Part shown: piece after piece, positions 45,564 through 57,992 of the stretch
How the letters are laid out: every line of letters begins with the position of its first letter
Numbering within the stretch: position 1 is the first letter of the stretch
Notes under the pieces: model-generated
Databases searched by the model: none
The model's input: only the letters and a program-made list of their open reading frames with translations
What the model was told of the DNA's origin: nothing
Assembly: GCA_032718475.1 (NCBI GenBank)
Contig: JAUCBJ010002762.1
Coordinates: 1-64,000 of the forward strand
Reading direction: 5' to 3'
DNA from: Nemertoderma westbladi
Lineage: Eukaryota; Animalia; Xenacoelomorpha
Length of the DNA: 64,000 nt
Made by a program: the position numbers and the translations under genes

Positions 45564-45905
45564 TTGCCCCCCCCCCCCCTTCCAATGTGTACGGCAAGCA
45601 TTTTATAAACATAGCATTATATGGACATGTGAAAGGTATATGCTAACTTATGTGAATTTCGACTACTTGACACGAACCCTTTGGTTTTCTAACCTTTGGC
45701 TGTATGACTGATGCGCATGCCCAGTGTTATTGTAGATTTCCACTCTGTTGACAATACCATTATTTCGCATATCCATATGTGCAGTGCTGTGTTTATAAAA
45801 TGAGTGCTGGGTACATTGTTTCCCTCATTCTGGACGTAGCCGCATCCTACCTACCCTACGTAATGTAGTCCGCTAGCGGAAGCGGGGCACCCTTTGCTAT
45901 CCCAG

Positions 45906-45957
45906 GTGTCCAGTACATGGCAGTACTGCTGATGAGTCCTGATGCCGGACGAAACAC
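45906..45957 (+). ncRNA. Type III hammerhead ribozyme
   Basis: GUGU-C^ then stem I CAGUAC/AUGGCA/GUACUG, core CUGAUGA, stem II GUCC/UGAUGCC/GGAC, GAA, and ACAC pairing with GUGU; GUC cleavage triplet at 45908-45910. Confidence 0.88.
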
Positions 45958-45968
45958 GAATTAAATTA

Positions 45969-47244
45969 TCCACGAAGCTAAGGAAAATCAACTACTTTCG
46001 CTAAGAAAGATTTTCCTTAGCTGAGATGGTCTATTCATAGTGGGCTATTTTACTTGTGTGAGGCAGATTTGGGGTTTTTTGATAGGCGAAAAAACTAGCC
46101 TTTAAAAGTACCCTGAAATTTTGCATGTATATACTACTCGGCGAGGCGCATCTTTTGGGCCGGGTCTCATATCCAGGAAAAATCTGGTTTCCATGGCAAC
46201 GGACTTCAAAAAAAGTCTATGTATTTCAAGTCAATATTTATAACTCTATTTGTAGGAAAACTATAATAGATTTAAACTTGGGGTTTTGCAACACAACTAT
46301 AAGGTCCATAGCAGATCCGATTGAGGCTAAATAGAAAATCCAGTTACGTTGGCAACCGGGATAAACAGATGTTAAAATTTATAAAATGATAATTTGAGGC
46401 CTAAGGGCAAGGTGTTATGACTTGAGACCAACCCCTACCCCCACTATATAACTTATTCTGCATCCGAATTACATTGTTCTATTTTTCAGTTACCATGACA
46501 ACAGCCGAAAACAGATGTTTTTATACAAAAATTATTCATTTGGACATAGACTTCGCGATAAAATTTTACAAAACTGGGTATGTGTTATCTGCACCACTAG
46601 TTGGAACTTTTAGTGAAACTTAAATCATTCCAGAAATTTAGTTACCATGGTAACTGTAGTTTATTAAACTCTATATCATTCAAGTCTATATTGATAACTC
46701 TATTTCTAGCAAAACTGTAATATATATAAACTTGGGGTTTTGTAACTCATCTATAATTTCCATATCCATCCAAGCCGTTTAAGGTTAATTAGAAAGTACA
46801 GTTACCATAGCAACAAGACTAAACAGATGTTACTATTTATAAAATGATAATTTGAAGCACAAGTTAATAGTATTATGACTTGGGACCAAGACCTACCCCC
46901 ACTATATGACTTATTCTGCATCCGAATTACATTATTATATTTTTCAGTTTCCATGACAACCACTGCAAACAGATGCATTTTGATAGAAAATCGGTAATTT
47001 GGACATAAACTACAATATTTTCTGAAACTCGGTATATGTGTTATAATCTGAACCACAATCTGGACTGAATCTTTTTTCAAAGGTAAAACCCACAGTTCCA
47101 GAGAACTCTAGTTTCCATGGGAATAGAAGTAAATTATTGGCAATTGCTACTAAACTAGGCTATAAGCAACGAACCAAAGTGTGGCCGTTTGTTTAATTTT
47201 CCTTAGCTTCGTGGTTGCATTTCCTTTAGGAAATGCCTTTCTCG
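45969..47244 (+). mobile_element. Non-autonomous HINE-like copy
   Basis: TCCACG start, subterminal inverted repeat, hairpin, CTCG end, A^T junction. Confidence 0.88.
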
Positions 47245-47775
47245 TAAAATATATTACGACTTATTCTATAGGAGCATCGCCTACCCCCGCAATAGCACTT
47301 ATTCTGCATCCTAATTAAATTTTTCAAATTTTCTGTTTCCATGACAACCGCTTCAAACAGTTGTTTTAAGGGGGGGGGGGGGGTACACCATTTTGGTCAA
47401 AAATATGGAATAGAAGTTATTTATTGACAAATGCTACTAAACTAGGCTAAGCAACGAACCAAATTGTGGCCGTTTGTTTAATTTTCCTTAGCTTCGTGGT
47501 TGCATTTCCTTTAGGAAATGCCTTTCTCGTATGTGTTATCTGAACCACAATCTGTACTGAATTTTTTTTCAAAGGTTAAAGCAACAGTTCCAGAGAACTC
47601 TAGTTTCCATGGGAATAGAAGTTAATTATTGACAATTGCTACTAAACGAGGCTAAGCAACGAACCAAAGTGTGGCCGTTTGTTTAATTTTCCTTAGCTTC
47701 GTGGTTGCATTTCCTTTAGGAAATGCCTTTCTAGTATTTTATGACAGCCTGGAACCAAAACAATAAGGGAAAAGA

Positions 47776-49043
47776 TCCACGAAGCTAAGGAAAATCAACT
47801 ACTTTCGCTAAGAAAGATTTTCCTTAGCTGAGATGGTCTATTCATAGTGGGCTATTTTACTTGTATGGAGCAGATTTGGTTTTTTTTGATAGGTGAAAAA
47901 ACTAGCCTTTAAAAGTACCCTGAAATTTTGCATGTATATACTACTCGACGAGGCGCATCTTTTGGGCCGGGTCTCATATCCAGGAAAAATCTGGTTTCCA
48001 TGGCAACGGACTTCAAAAAAAAGTCTATGTATTTCAAGTCAATATTTATAACTCTATTTGTAGGAAAACTATAATAGATATAAACTTGGGGTTTCGCAAC
48101 ACAACTATAAGGTCCATAGCAGAGCCGATTGAGGCTAAATAGAAAATCCAGTTACCTTGGCAACCGGGATAAACAGATGTTAAAATTTATAAAATGTTAA
48201 TTTGAGGCCTAAGGGCAAGGTGTTATGACTTGGGACCAACCCCTACCCCCACTATATAACTTATTCTGCATCCGAATTACATTGTTCTATTTTTCAGTTA
48301 CCATGACAACCGCTGAAAACAGATGTTTTTATTCAAAACTTATTCATTTGGACATAGACTTCACGATAAAATTTTACAAAACTGGGTATGTGTTATCTGG
48401 ACCACTAGTTGGAACTTTTAGTGAAACTTAAATTATTCCAGAAATTTAGTTACCATGGTAACTGTAGTTTATTAAACTCTATATCATTTAAATCTATATT
48501 GATAACTCTATTTGTAGCAAAACTGTAATATATATAAACTTGGGGTTTTGCAACTCATCTATAAGATCCATATCCAAGCCGTTTGAGGTTAATTAGAAAA
48601 TACAGTTACCATAGCAACAAGTCTAAACAGATGTTAAAATTTATAAAATGATAATTTGAAGCACAAGTTAATAGTATTATGACTTGGGACTAACCCCTAC
48701 CCCCACTATATGACTTATTCTGCATCCGAATTACATTGTTCTATTTTTCAGTTTCCATGACAACCACTGCAAACAGATGCATTTTGATAGAAAATCGGTA
48801 ATTTGGACATAAACTACAATATTTTCTGAAACTCAGTATATGTGTTATCTGAACCACAATCTGTACTGAATTTTTTTTCAAAGGTTTTTTCAACAGTTCC
48901 AGAGAACTCTAGTTTCCATGGGAATAGAAGTTAATTATTGACAATTGCTACTAAACGAGGCTAAGCAACGAACCAAAGTGTGGCCGTTTGTTTAATTTTC
49001 CTTAGCTTCGTGGTTGCATTTCCTTTAGGAAATGCCTTTCTCG
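47776..49043 (+). mobile_element. Non-autonomous HINE-like copy
   Basis: Same ends and central repeats as the other copies. Confidence 0.88.
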
Positions 49044-49206
49044 TAGCACTCCTTGGAACTTTTAGAGACTCAAAGCCGATTTAGAAGCTTATCGTGCCAA
49101 GAGGCACGAGAAATCCATTACATAAACACTTTGTATGACCTACAAGTTAAGTTGCATGTTTCCACTATTAATTGCAACTTTCCGACCATATTTATTTGTT
49201 ATCTCA

Positions 49207-49855
49207 TCCACGAAGCTAAGGAAAATCAACTACTTTCGCTAAGAAAGATTTTCCTTAGCTGAGATGGTCTATTCATAGTGGGCTATTTTACTTGTATGGA
49301 GCAGATTTGGTTTTTTTTGATAGGTGAAAAAACTAGCCTTTAAAAGTACCCTGAAATTTTGCATGTATATACTACTCGACGAGGCGCATCTTTTGGGCTT
49401 TTAATTACACAATCCAGTTACCATAGTAACAAGACTAAACAGATGTTAAAATTTATAAAATGATAATTTGAAGCACAAGTTAGTAGTATAATGACTTGGG
49501 AACAAGACCTACTGCCACTATATGACTTATTCTGCATCCGAATTACATTGTTCTATTTTTCAGTTTCCATGACAACCACTGCAAACAGATGCATTTTGAT
49601 AGAAAATCGGTAATTTGGACATAAACTACAATATTTTCTGAAACTCAGTATATGTGTTATCTGAACCACAATCTTTACTGATTTTTTTTTCAAAGGTTAA
49701 AGCAACAGTTCCAGAGAACTCTAGTTTCCATGGGAATAGAAGTTAATTATTGACAATTGCTACTAAACGAGGCTAAGCAACGAACCAAAGTGTGGCCGTT
49801 TGTTTAATTTTCCTTAGCTTCGTGGTTGCATTTCCTTTAGGAAATGCCTTTCTCG
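49207..49855 (+). mobile_element. Internally deleted HINE-like copy
   Basis: Both family ends intact; deletion junction near 49398. Confidence 0.85.
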
Positions 49856-50714
49856 TATCAACTATCTCATAACTCTAATCTCATATGTAAATATAGCGTG
49901 AGTTATGAGTTGCTTAAAAATCGAATGTCATGCTGCAACGCCTTGAAAATATGATCCCTCTATATATGTTATATGTTAGTGTAGCTAAATACATTGTACT
50001 AAGGGTATATTACTCTTGTATACAAGGAATGTGTATTACAGATGAATATGGATCGCTTGTGGAGAGAGGATTAAGATATGTTATTCTCTACATGTTCATC
50101 ATCGTTCCTCATTAAAAAAATCCATAAGCTTCTTATTACAGGTTCTGTTGCTTCTCATAACTACAGGAATATAATGTTGTACAACACGGATACAATATTA
50201 TAAAAATTGTGATGCTTTTAAATTTAATTTAATTATTCGACTTGGTGGTGCCTACTTCTGGGTTATTGTACCCGGTAGGCCTATATCCCATTCAGGGTAC
50301 TTAGCCTTATGGCAGTCCCTGATATGGTGAAGGCATTATTATGCCTTTTACTTTTTACACTACAAGTCAATAGACTTGCAGCTGCAAGTGTTGCTAACCA
50401 GGATATTTCAGATTATATGGTTACTGGTTAGTTAAATATCGTGATATTTATTTAATTTAGTTATTATTGAGGTAAGTATGAAATTAAACATTACAGTATT
50501 ATGCAAAATGTCGATAGAACATTGGACCTCTGGAGCCTCTACTGGCTCCAGAAGTCGAGGAATTCCAGCCAATATCCTTATTTACTAATTTCCTGATGAG
50601 TTACTCTCATAATTGTGTTGGCCTTTTTGTTATTGTAAAAGTACTATATTTTGACAATGAACTTCTCCTCAGAGTGCTCAGGAAATGACTGATTATATGA
50701 GCATAATTTCCAGG

Positions 50715-50830
50715 AATGGTGTGCTTGAGCATGTAGATGACTTCTGCTATTTGGTATGATGTATCAGGAAATAGGTGAAGACTTGAATACATAAGGGGAA
50801 CGGCTTGAATGGTGGGCCGAGGATTTGGAC
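50715..50830 (+). pseudogene. Degenerate RTE-class LINE fragment
   Basis: gtgcttgagcatgtagatgacttctgctat.. matches the reverse complement of ~58545-58635. Confidence 0.6.
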
Positions 50831-52357
50831 ATATAATAAATCAGTTATCTCAGGTTTAATTAGTTAGAACAGCCCTCTAGTGCTCTAAATGCAGAGTACA
50901 CCATCTCTGGTTGGTATAAACACAAAACAAGAATGTTACGCCAAGTTCATTATCTCAAGTGCGATAAGGGTGAACAACTGAGGACAGTGCTTGCATGATC
51001 TTGTGCTTTGACATAGATAGCTCATGATTTCTTTGAGACACCTGTTAAGGGACACCCCCCTATGGACCTTTTTTGCAAATGGCTATAATTTCTGCTTGTT
51101 TGTAGTTTTGTATATTTTATACCTTTCGGGGGATTAACATATGGCCAAAGATTGGGTTAAAAAAAAAAAGTTTCAAATTTGCGTCGCCCTCTAGCGGCCA
51201 CCAGCGAAATTGTTAATTTCACTAAAAACACTACTAGTCTCACAATTTTGGGCGAAAATTTTCGAAACTTGGTTTTTCTGAATCAGCATCCTCCGCTCCA
51301 CAAAACTTATCGGTTACATTTTTTATTTAGGTTTTAAATATTTTTTAAATATTATTAACTAATATTAATTATTATTTAATAGATATTAACTAATTTTAAG
51401 AAATTAATATGGCACAATTCAAAATTTTAACCGATAACTTTTGATCAAAACCCGAAAACAAATCAAACAAAAAAAAAATTTCGAAAATTGGTTAAGAAAT
51501 AGTAGTATTTTGAATGTGTAGTATTAGTAGTAGTATTTAGTAAGTTAGTAAGTTAGTAAGTAGTATTTTGAATGTGAAAAATACAATTGCGAGATAAACG
51601 CATCTAAAGTTTAAGAACAATATATTTCAAATGTTCCCGCTATTTTCAGTACTGGTATCTCCTTTTCTTTTCCCATTGGTTATCCCCAATCCATATTTTG
51701 TGATATCTCAATGGATTTCATGAAATTTGGTTCAAAAAAACCCCTACCCACTTTTAACAACCTGTCAAAATAATTTTAGAGTGCTTGCCAAAAAACACTT
51801 CGCGCAGCACGTGAACAAATTTCATTTTGGTGTATTGATTTGATCGCATACTATTGCGTCATTTAGTAATAAATAGTCATGGAATAATGAAACAAAAAAT
51901 ATATAAAAATTATAAAATTATATATAATAATTAATATAATTATATACAAAATGATATAAAAATTTCCACATACTTTTATAATAAGCCTTTAGACAGAACA
52001 TTAAGCTTTGCGCAGCACGTGAAACCTTCACGCAGAACGTGAGACATTCGCGCAGCACGTGAAGGTTTCACGTAGCACTTAAATTCTTCACAAAGCACGT
52101 TAATTATTCGAGCACCACGGAATGCTTTTTGATCAGAAGGAGAAGCCTTCACGCGGCACATTAAATGTTCATGCAGCACATGAAAACTTCGCGCAGCACG
52201 TGAATTATTCTCAGAGCCTGCGGAATTTAAAAAAAGTAATTTTATGATTGTTTCCCAAAATTATTATTACCAGCTATTGTTATATGATGGTTCACATTTG
52301 TTATTACTAGTAGACAACTAGTCCATTAGACAACTGTTCAATATGTAATACAAAACT

Positions 52358-52902
52358 TGTGACGGGATCTACGGATCCCGGTTTATCCGTTGGGTTTTCT
52401 ATCTACGCGTCCCCGCCGTGTGTGAAAGGTAAAAGAGTTCTGGTGTTCGGTTATATGTATAAGGTATAATATAGTTGATATATATAGTATAGTATGACAC
52501 GGTTACCGGTAGATAAGTATGATGGCGGTAGCGGACGGTGATAGAAGTCACCGTTCCACCCTACTGATCTGACTGAGTAAACTGACTGAATAGGGAAGCA
52601 CCAACAGGTAATATATACTGCACAGTTGGCCATATTACTGTACCTAGTCGATGCTGTCCCCCCATTGGCTAATATCCCACTTCTCGCCCTTTCACCTTCC
52701 CTGGTGTGTTTCCCGTTGCCCCTGTTGTTCTCTCTCTGTTAGGGGTTTGGCCCCTGACCCTTATTGTGTGTGTCTCCTTTGGGGCCTATTGTCCCCGTTT
52801 ACTGGGGTGACACGAGGTTGATTGGAAATCAACCTCGTGCTCCCAATATTGCTCAACGGCTTACTTTGTGGGTTCATGTTAGCGGAATTGGATAAGCTAA
52901 CA
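52358..52902 (-). mobile_element. Solo LTR (Gypsy-like)
   Basis: TGT...ACA ends, 5-bp TSD AAACT (52353-52357, 52903-52907), homologous to the LTR at 62832-63445. Confidence 0.88.
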
Positions 52903-52939
52903 AAACTCACAAATATCTATTAAATATATATTAATTAAA

Positions 52940-53180
52940 ATTTGATGGACAAGTTGACAGACATACAAACAGACAGACAAACTGAGAGACAGACTGAGAT
53001 AGAGACATAGTGATTAGATAATTCCAAATATGAAAACAGACATCGACATTAAGAAAAATCCTAACAGCAAACATTTCAGATTGCTTATTTTATGCTCTTT
53101 TTAATATTTCGATGGACAGACAGACAGACATACAGACGGAAAACCAGCCATTACTCGAGAAGTAAAAGAGATCTCGCTAA
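52940..53180 (-). mobile_element. HINE/DINE-like fragment with (GACA)n microsatellite
   Basis: GACA arrays next to a possible terminal segment; ends not resolved. Confidence 0.3.
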
Positions 53181-54530
53181 GCCGTTTCCAGATTTGAAAT
53201 CCGCATTAAATGTTACTCTAGATGAAATAAAAAAACAAAAAACTAAAATTTTGACCTGAGGGGGGGGGGGGGGGGGTGTACCCCCCCCCCCCCCCCCTTT
53301 AAAGGATACTGGCCATTGCAGTTGCAGATGCGAGCGGTTAATCTTACGAAAATCATCAATGATAAGGCATTGTGGCGGCCCAATTTTGTTGTTATGCCAG
53401 CATAGTATTCTTAATCTAACTACTACATTGCGGAATAACGTGAAGAAGTTACAGTGAAACATACACCCTGGGGCTGAATACAGATTTAGTCGAAAAAATT
53501 AGCCCAAGAATTTGGGTTATATTTTGTGACTCTTTGACCCAAAACGATCCGATTTCGCGAAAAGTTAAAAAAAATTATCGAAGAAAATTTTATTTATAAG
53601 CTTATAAATATTAGTGACCAATCACTTAATTAACCCGTGGATATATCATGGAAATTTGGAGTCTATGTGTTAAAGTAATGCAAAAAAACAAAAATGTAAA
53701 AAAATTCATCGATATATATTTTAGTTATTAATAATTTATTAATTATTTAATACTAAAAAGTATTAATTTCTGAAAATGAATTAGCCCATGGATAAAACAA
53801 AATAAAATTGAGTCTATGTGTTAAAGTAATTCAAAAAATCGAAAAAGTTTAAAAAAACATCGATATATATTTTAGTTATTGATATTTAATAATTATAAAT
53901 AATTTTCAAATTAATTATTAGTAGTGTTATTTAGGTGTGTATGGGATGTGTGGGTGGTTGGTTGCATTATAAGAAATTGAAACGAAATAATTATAACTTA
54001 AATCTGGCATATAGTAACTTTCATACATTCTCAAATTATAAATATTATGATGATATGCTGAATGCCAACCAAGTATGTTGTGTAGAACAAATACCTCCCC
54101 CCCCCCCCAGACAATCACTACCTGCTTTATTATTTATCAAACACAATTACAGATAAAACACACCCACTCCAGATGCCCAGCAACAGCAGAGTAAACATAC
54201 AATAGCTGCCTCTACTCCTGTCTACCTATCAGTATAAATTTACAATGTATCTGGCAGGCAGGAGGCCATTGGCATTTTGGTCATAAATCATTATTGTTTT
54301 GAGTTTAAATTTAATTAATTATTTCTTTATTCTGTATGTCTCCACGTCTCCATTAGAGATTAAATTACAGGTGTGGGTGTGCGTGCATGGTTTGTACAAA
54401 ATTACAAATATACAGTAGTGATGTTTAATACTTGTAAAAATTATTCCAATTAATGTAATGTTTCCTTAAATTTTTTTTATATATAAATTTAAAGTAGGAC
54501 CATTTGATATTGCAAACTGAAACTGATACA

Positions 54531-54851
54531 ATGGCTCCAGAGAGAACTCATGAACAAAATCGCTTGGCAGTTTGCAAGATTTGCATGGGGAAAACTAAGG
54601 AAATGCGTAAATTGAATACAAATCAAGTAGAAACAATTAAAACATATTTTATTTCGGAATATAGTATATTAGATTCTCGATTACCTTCGGCATTGTGCGA
54701 AAATTGTCGAACAATAATTGACCAATATGGGAGAGGTAACTTTTCACGAAACATTGAAATGTTTGACTATAAAAAGTTATCTTTCCCAAAACCAGCAACA
54801 AGAAGAGCAGCGTACGAAAAGTGTCGATGTGGTTTAGTAGTGATGAAGTAG
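54531..54851 (+). pseudogene. Zn-binding N-terminal fragment of a probable DNA transposase (Chapaev/RAG1-like pattern)
   Basis: HEQNRLAVCKICMGK..DSRLPSALCENC..CRC; truncated, no catalytic domain seen. Confidence 0.35.
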
Positions 54852-55189
54852 TGGTAGTAATATTTCTTTTCAGAAGAGAAAACCGCCAGGTCCTGTTTCT
54901 AAGAAGAAGCCCACCCCATCATCGAGTACAACTACTGAACAATCCTCAATCCATGATAATGTAACAAATTCGTCATGCCTTCGCGCAGCATGCTCTCATT
55001 TAAACAGAGACTATTTTAGAAATTTCAATCAATTGGTATAATTTCGTAAACAGTTGGGAGAGTCAGGATATAGAACACTCGTTGAATGATTCGGTGTTGA
55101 TGTCATGGCCACCAAGTTCCCGGTGCGGTGTGGGATCTTCGCCTGCAAGGTCGTTCAACAGCATTGACTTGGAGAGGTCGTCTCTTTTT

Positions 55190-55438
55190 TTTGCTTGTAC
55201 CTAGATTTCATTAGTCTGAATCCGACCGAAAAAAAATATTTCAAAAAAAGTACTGGGGTTGTTATTTTGCAGCAACAAATTTACAAGTAGTGAACAATTT
55301 TCATAAAATTAGAAAGTTACAATTTTCGGCTAATACAGGTTTTCTGGTACGTAAAATCCATTGGAAAATATTTAAATTGATCTAATTAGGGGGGGGGGGG
55401 GGGGGTCATATTGACCCCCCACCCCCCCTTTAATAGGG
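55190..55438. mobile_element. Terminal fragment of a piggyBac-type element
   Basis: Ends G-run/tcatattga/C-run..TAATAGGG followed by TTAA (55439-55442), the same terminus as the MITE at 12548-13964; other end not found. Confidence 0.5.
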
Positions 55439-57992
55439 TTAAACTTTGCCATCTATCCTGTAGTAGATTCAATGTTTAATAATAATAATTGAAATATATT
55501 ATTCTTAATAGGTTTTAATTTAATTCTTCAGGTTTTTGACATTTTGGCATTGACTTTTGTTTTTTCATGTATTTATAAGGTTGAATAGTAACACAAATAT
55601 ATACAAGATAATATATGTTAAAATCTAAATTTAAGTACTGCAGTCGAAATTGTTTGTCAACTATAATGCCACTTGTCAGTGGGGGTCCCTCAAGATGCCA
55701 CCCTATCTTGTTTACTGTTCCCTGTTTACTGTTCCTTGTTTACAGTTCATTGTTTACTGTTCCTTGTTTACTGTTCCTTGTTTACATCTACGACCTCCCA
55801 AATGCCGCCTCCTATCTCTTCACCACACTATTTGCCAATGAGGCGACTCAATTTATACAAAATCTTGTTGAAGACATTTTTAATATTTTCTGGAAACCAC
55901 TCCATTAGATTCAAAATTCGATGTAATTTCCTAAAATTCCTTCCATGGCCTGAAAGCCAAACGTTTAAAGGTTGTAAGCGTTTTTCAGTGAAATGTTTCA
56001 AAGCAGAATAAATTGAGCTGAAAGTCAAAGATCGTATATATAAAAGGTTCCTTATTAATGCTTATACGTTTTATAGACGTGAAGGGATTCATATGATGTG
56101 AGTTAGATTTTTGGAAACTACATAAAATTATGATCAAGTTGGGAAGTCTGGGGAAACAATTCAAAGGAAATAAAGTTCAAAGGAAATAAAGCTCAAACGA
56201 AATAAAGTCAAAGGAAATAAAGTTCAAAACAAATTGTAAAAGCTTTTGCGTACAAAATAAGTCATTTTGAGCAATGCGCTGAAATACTCTAAAGGTAATA
56301 TTAACTTGAGAGATTTAAGAGGACTTACAAACTGATGCAACTACGCGTCTGTCCAAACTCAGAGCTGAGATGACGAAATCTACCAGCTATTTCTTTATGG
56401 TATAACCTGTGTTATTTGTTGTTATATTTCAGCCAATCAGCGCTATCTCCCTTTACCTGTGCTTTGTTGACTTATGTAAAATGACGCAGTGCGGCAAGAT
56501 TCATTCTTTCCTTCAGATTTGGTTTTCTGACTTCGCCCGAAAACATCAGTGGCTTGAAGAGAGTCATATTCAATTTATTATTCAATCTATTAACAATTCA
56601 AACCAATTCAAACAAGTCACACAATACATACAATTCATACAATTTCGACTGACTCTTGCGCACAAACTGCAATACTGCTGTTGTGTCGCTAACACCGTTT
56701 TTTTTTTACTGTTTTTTACTATTGTTAATTGTTATTATATATTAATGGATGTTATATTTGGAGAATACTGGTGAATAATCGTTAAATTCCCCTTAACTTT
56801 TGTTAAAGAAATCTCAAAGGGGATTCTTCCTTTTGATATGTTCGTAGTTTCGAATGAAACAAAGAGGTTAATCAAACTATAACATACCAAGCTAATTGCC
56901 CTAAGTACAAGCCGAAACAGAAAAAAACCAAAACAATAAATCTGATTTGGCTTTCCAAGCTACTTAATATGAGTGTTGGTGACTTAACACTCCAATTGTT
57001 CACCCTTCACAGAGAAATAAAGCAGTTCGTCAAGCGGACAAATGTTGAATGAGAGAATATTTAATATTGCAAAAAGGGGGGAATTATTTACCTAAACCAT
57101 GGTGCCCTTAGCGCTGACTGTAATCAGCTATATTACTGCTTCGCTACGCTTTCGCCTGGAAGGCTGGAAGGATCTCATTTCCACTGTCCGAGTTTTCTCG
57201 ACCTAGTAGTACCATTGATAAATCACCTAGACCTATTTTGACCAATTGGTTAAAGCAAACTCATTTATAAAACCTTATAACGTCTCAAGAATAGAAAATG
57301 AAGTAATACCTCCATATAACCTCGATGGATTTATTAAAATTCGACTAGTCCATTGTAATTTAGATGTATTGTTCGAGGAAGAAAGAACACGGCAAGTTAT
57401 TCATAAATGCATACCCCGAATTACAAGAAGTTCATAGAATAGAATAGAATAGAATAGTTCATATGAATACAAAGCAAGGGAACGCGAATTAGAAAGAACA
57501 ATTAAACCTAGAAAATTCCTTACTACGCATGGTCGACCTACCGCTGTCGTACAGACAAATAACCAAGTACTTGTAAGAGCTGTTGTCCTCTAACGAGTCC
57601 TAAAGGTTGTTCAATCCCGATCCACCGACAAAGATATCACCATAGCAGCCTTCTCGAGAGAGAGAATTTAACCGATCAACCGGGTACCTCGACTGGCTGA
57701 TACACCGACCACAATCCTAACCCTTCCGATGCAATTGTATTGCACCCTTCCCCCAAGAGTTATAGCCCTCCTAGTAAAGTGGCTCGCCCCAAGGAGAAAA
57801 ATACTTTTGCAAGTATTAAGAAACTCTGTAAACGTCACCTGCGAAAGAAGGACTGATAGTTTAGAGTATTTGTATATTAGAAACTGTGACTTTATGTATA
57901 TTTTATAGACTTAAATCCCATTTTCTGGGAGCGGTGTAAAAGCTTTTGCGGACAAAATAAGTCATTTTGAGCAATGCGCTGAAATACTCTAA

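Larger units (their letters stand above)
29964..47529 (+). mobile_element. Candidate autonomous Helitron-like (Helentron/HLE2) element, 17,566 bp, carrying the RepHel-USP ORF
   Basis: Family 5' end at 29964 and 3' end at 47529; flanks rejoin exactly into an empty site (..ctcagta^tatgtg..) with no TSD. That the ORF belongs to these ends is inferred. Confidence 0.65.
27303..47734 (+). mobile_element. Old non-autonomous Helitron-like copy split into three pieces (27303-27385, 29945-29963, 47530-47734) by younger insertions
   Basis: The pieces rejoin as ..actacaa|tattttctgaaactcagta|tatgtgttatctg.., matching the uninterrupted sequence in the copy at ~49625-49665; ends with hairpin + CTAG. Confidence 0.8.

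Noticed and set aside
44116-45612. Ser/Phe/Leu-rich ORFs on the minus strand
   Set aside because: Translations of the heptamer satellite.
45831-45900. HDV-like or twister ribozyme upstream of the hammerhead
   Set aside because: Short pairings exist (ACGTAG/CTACGT, CCGC/GCGG), but the required pseudoknot and core residues could not be placed.
30998-47403. 12-bp inverted repeat TTTTTGACCAAA near both inner junctions of the 17.6-kb segment
   Set aside because: Short, AT-rich and repeated again near 31147; could be chance, and no TSD was found.
27542-49262. Recurrent short ORFs (MYILL.., MTWDQ.., MELLE..)
   Set aside because: They lie in HINE repeats, and their frames and lengths differ between copies.
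50593-50615. Second CTGATGAG hammerhead core
   Set aside because: No GAAA after the candidate stem II and no flanking stems.
51045-53301. TTAA-flanked Kolobok-like element from TTAAGGGACACCCCCC to GTGTACCCC..TTTAA
   Set aside because: Terminal match is limited to short G/C runs; not enough to call.
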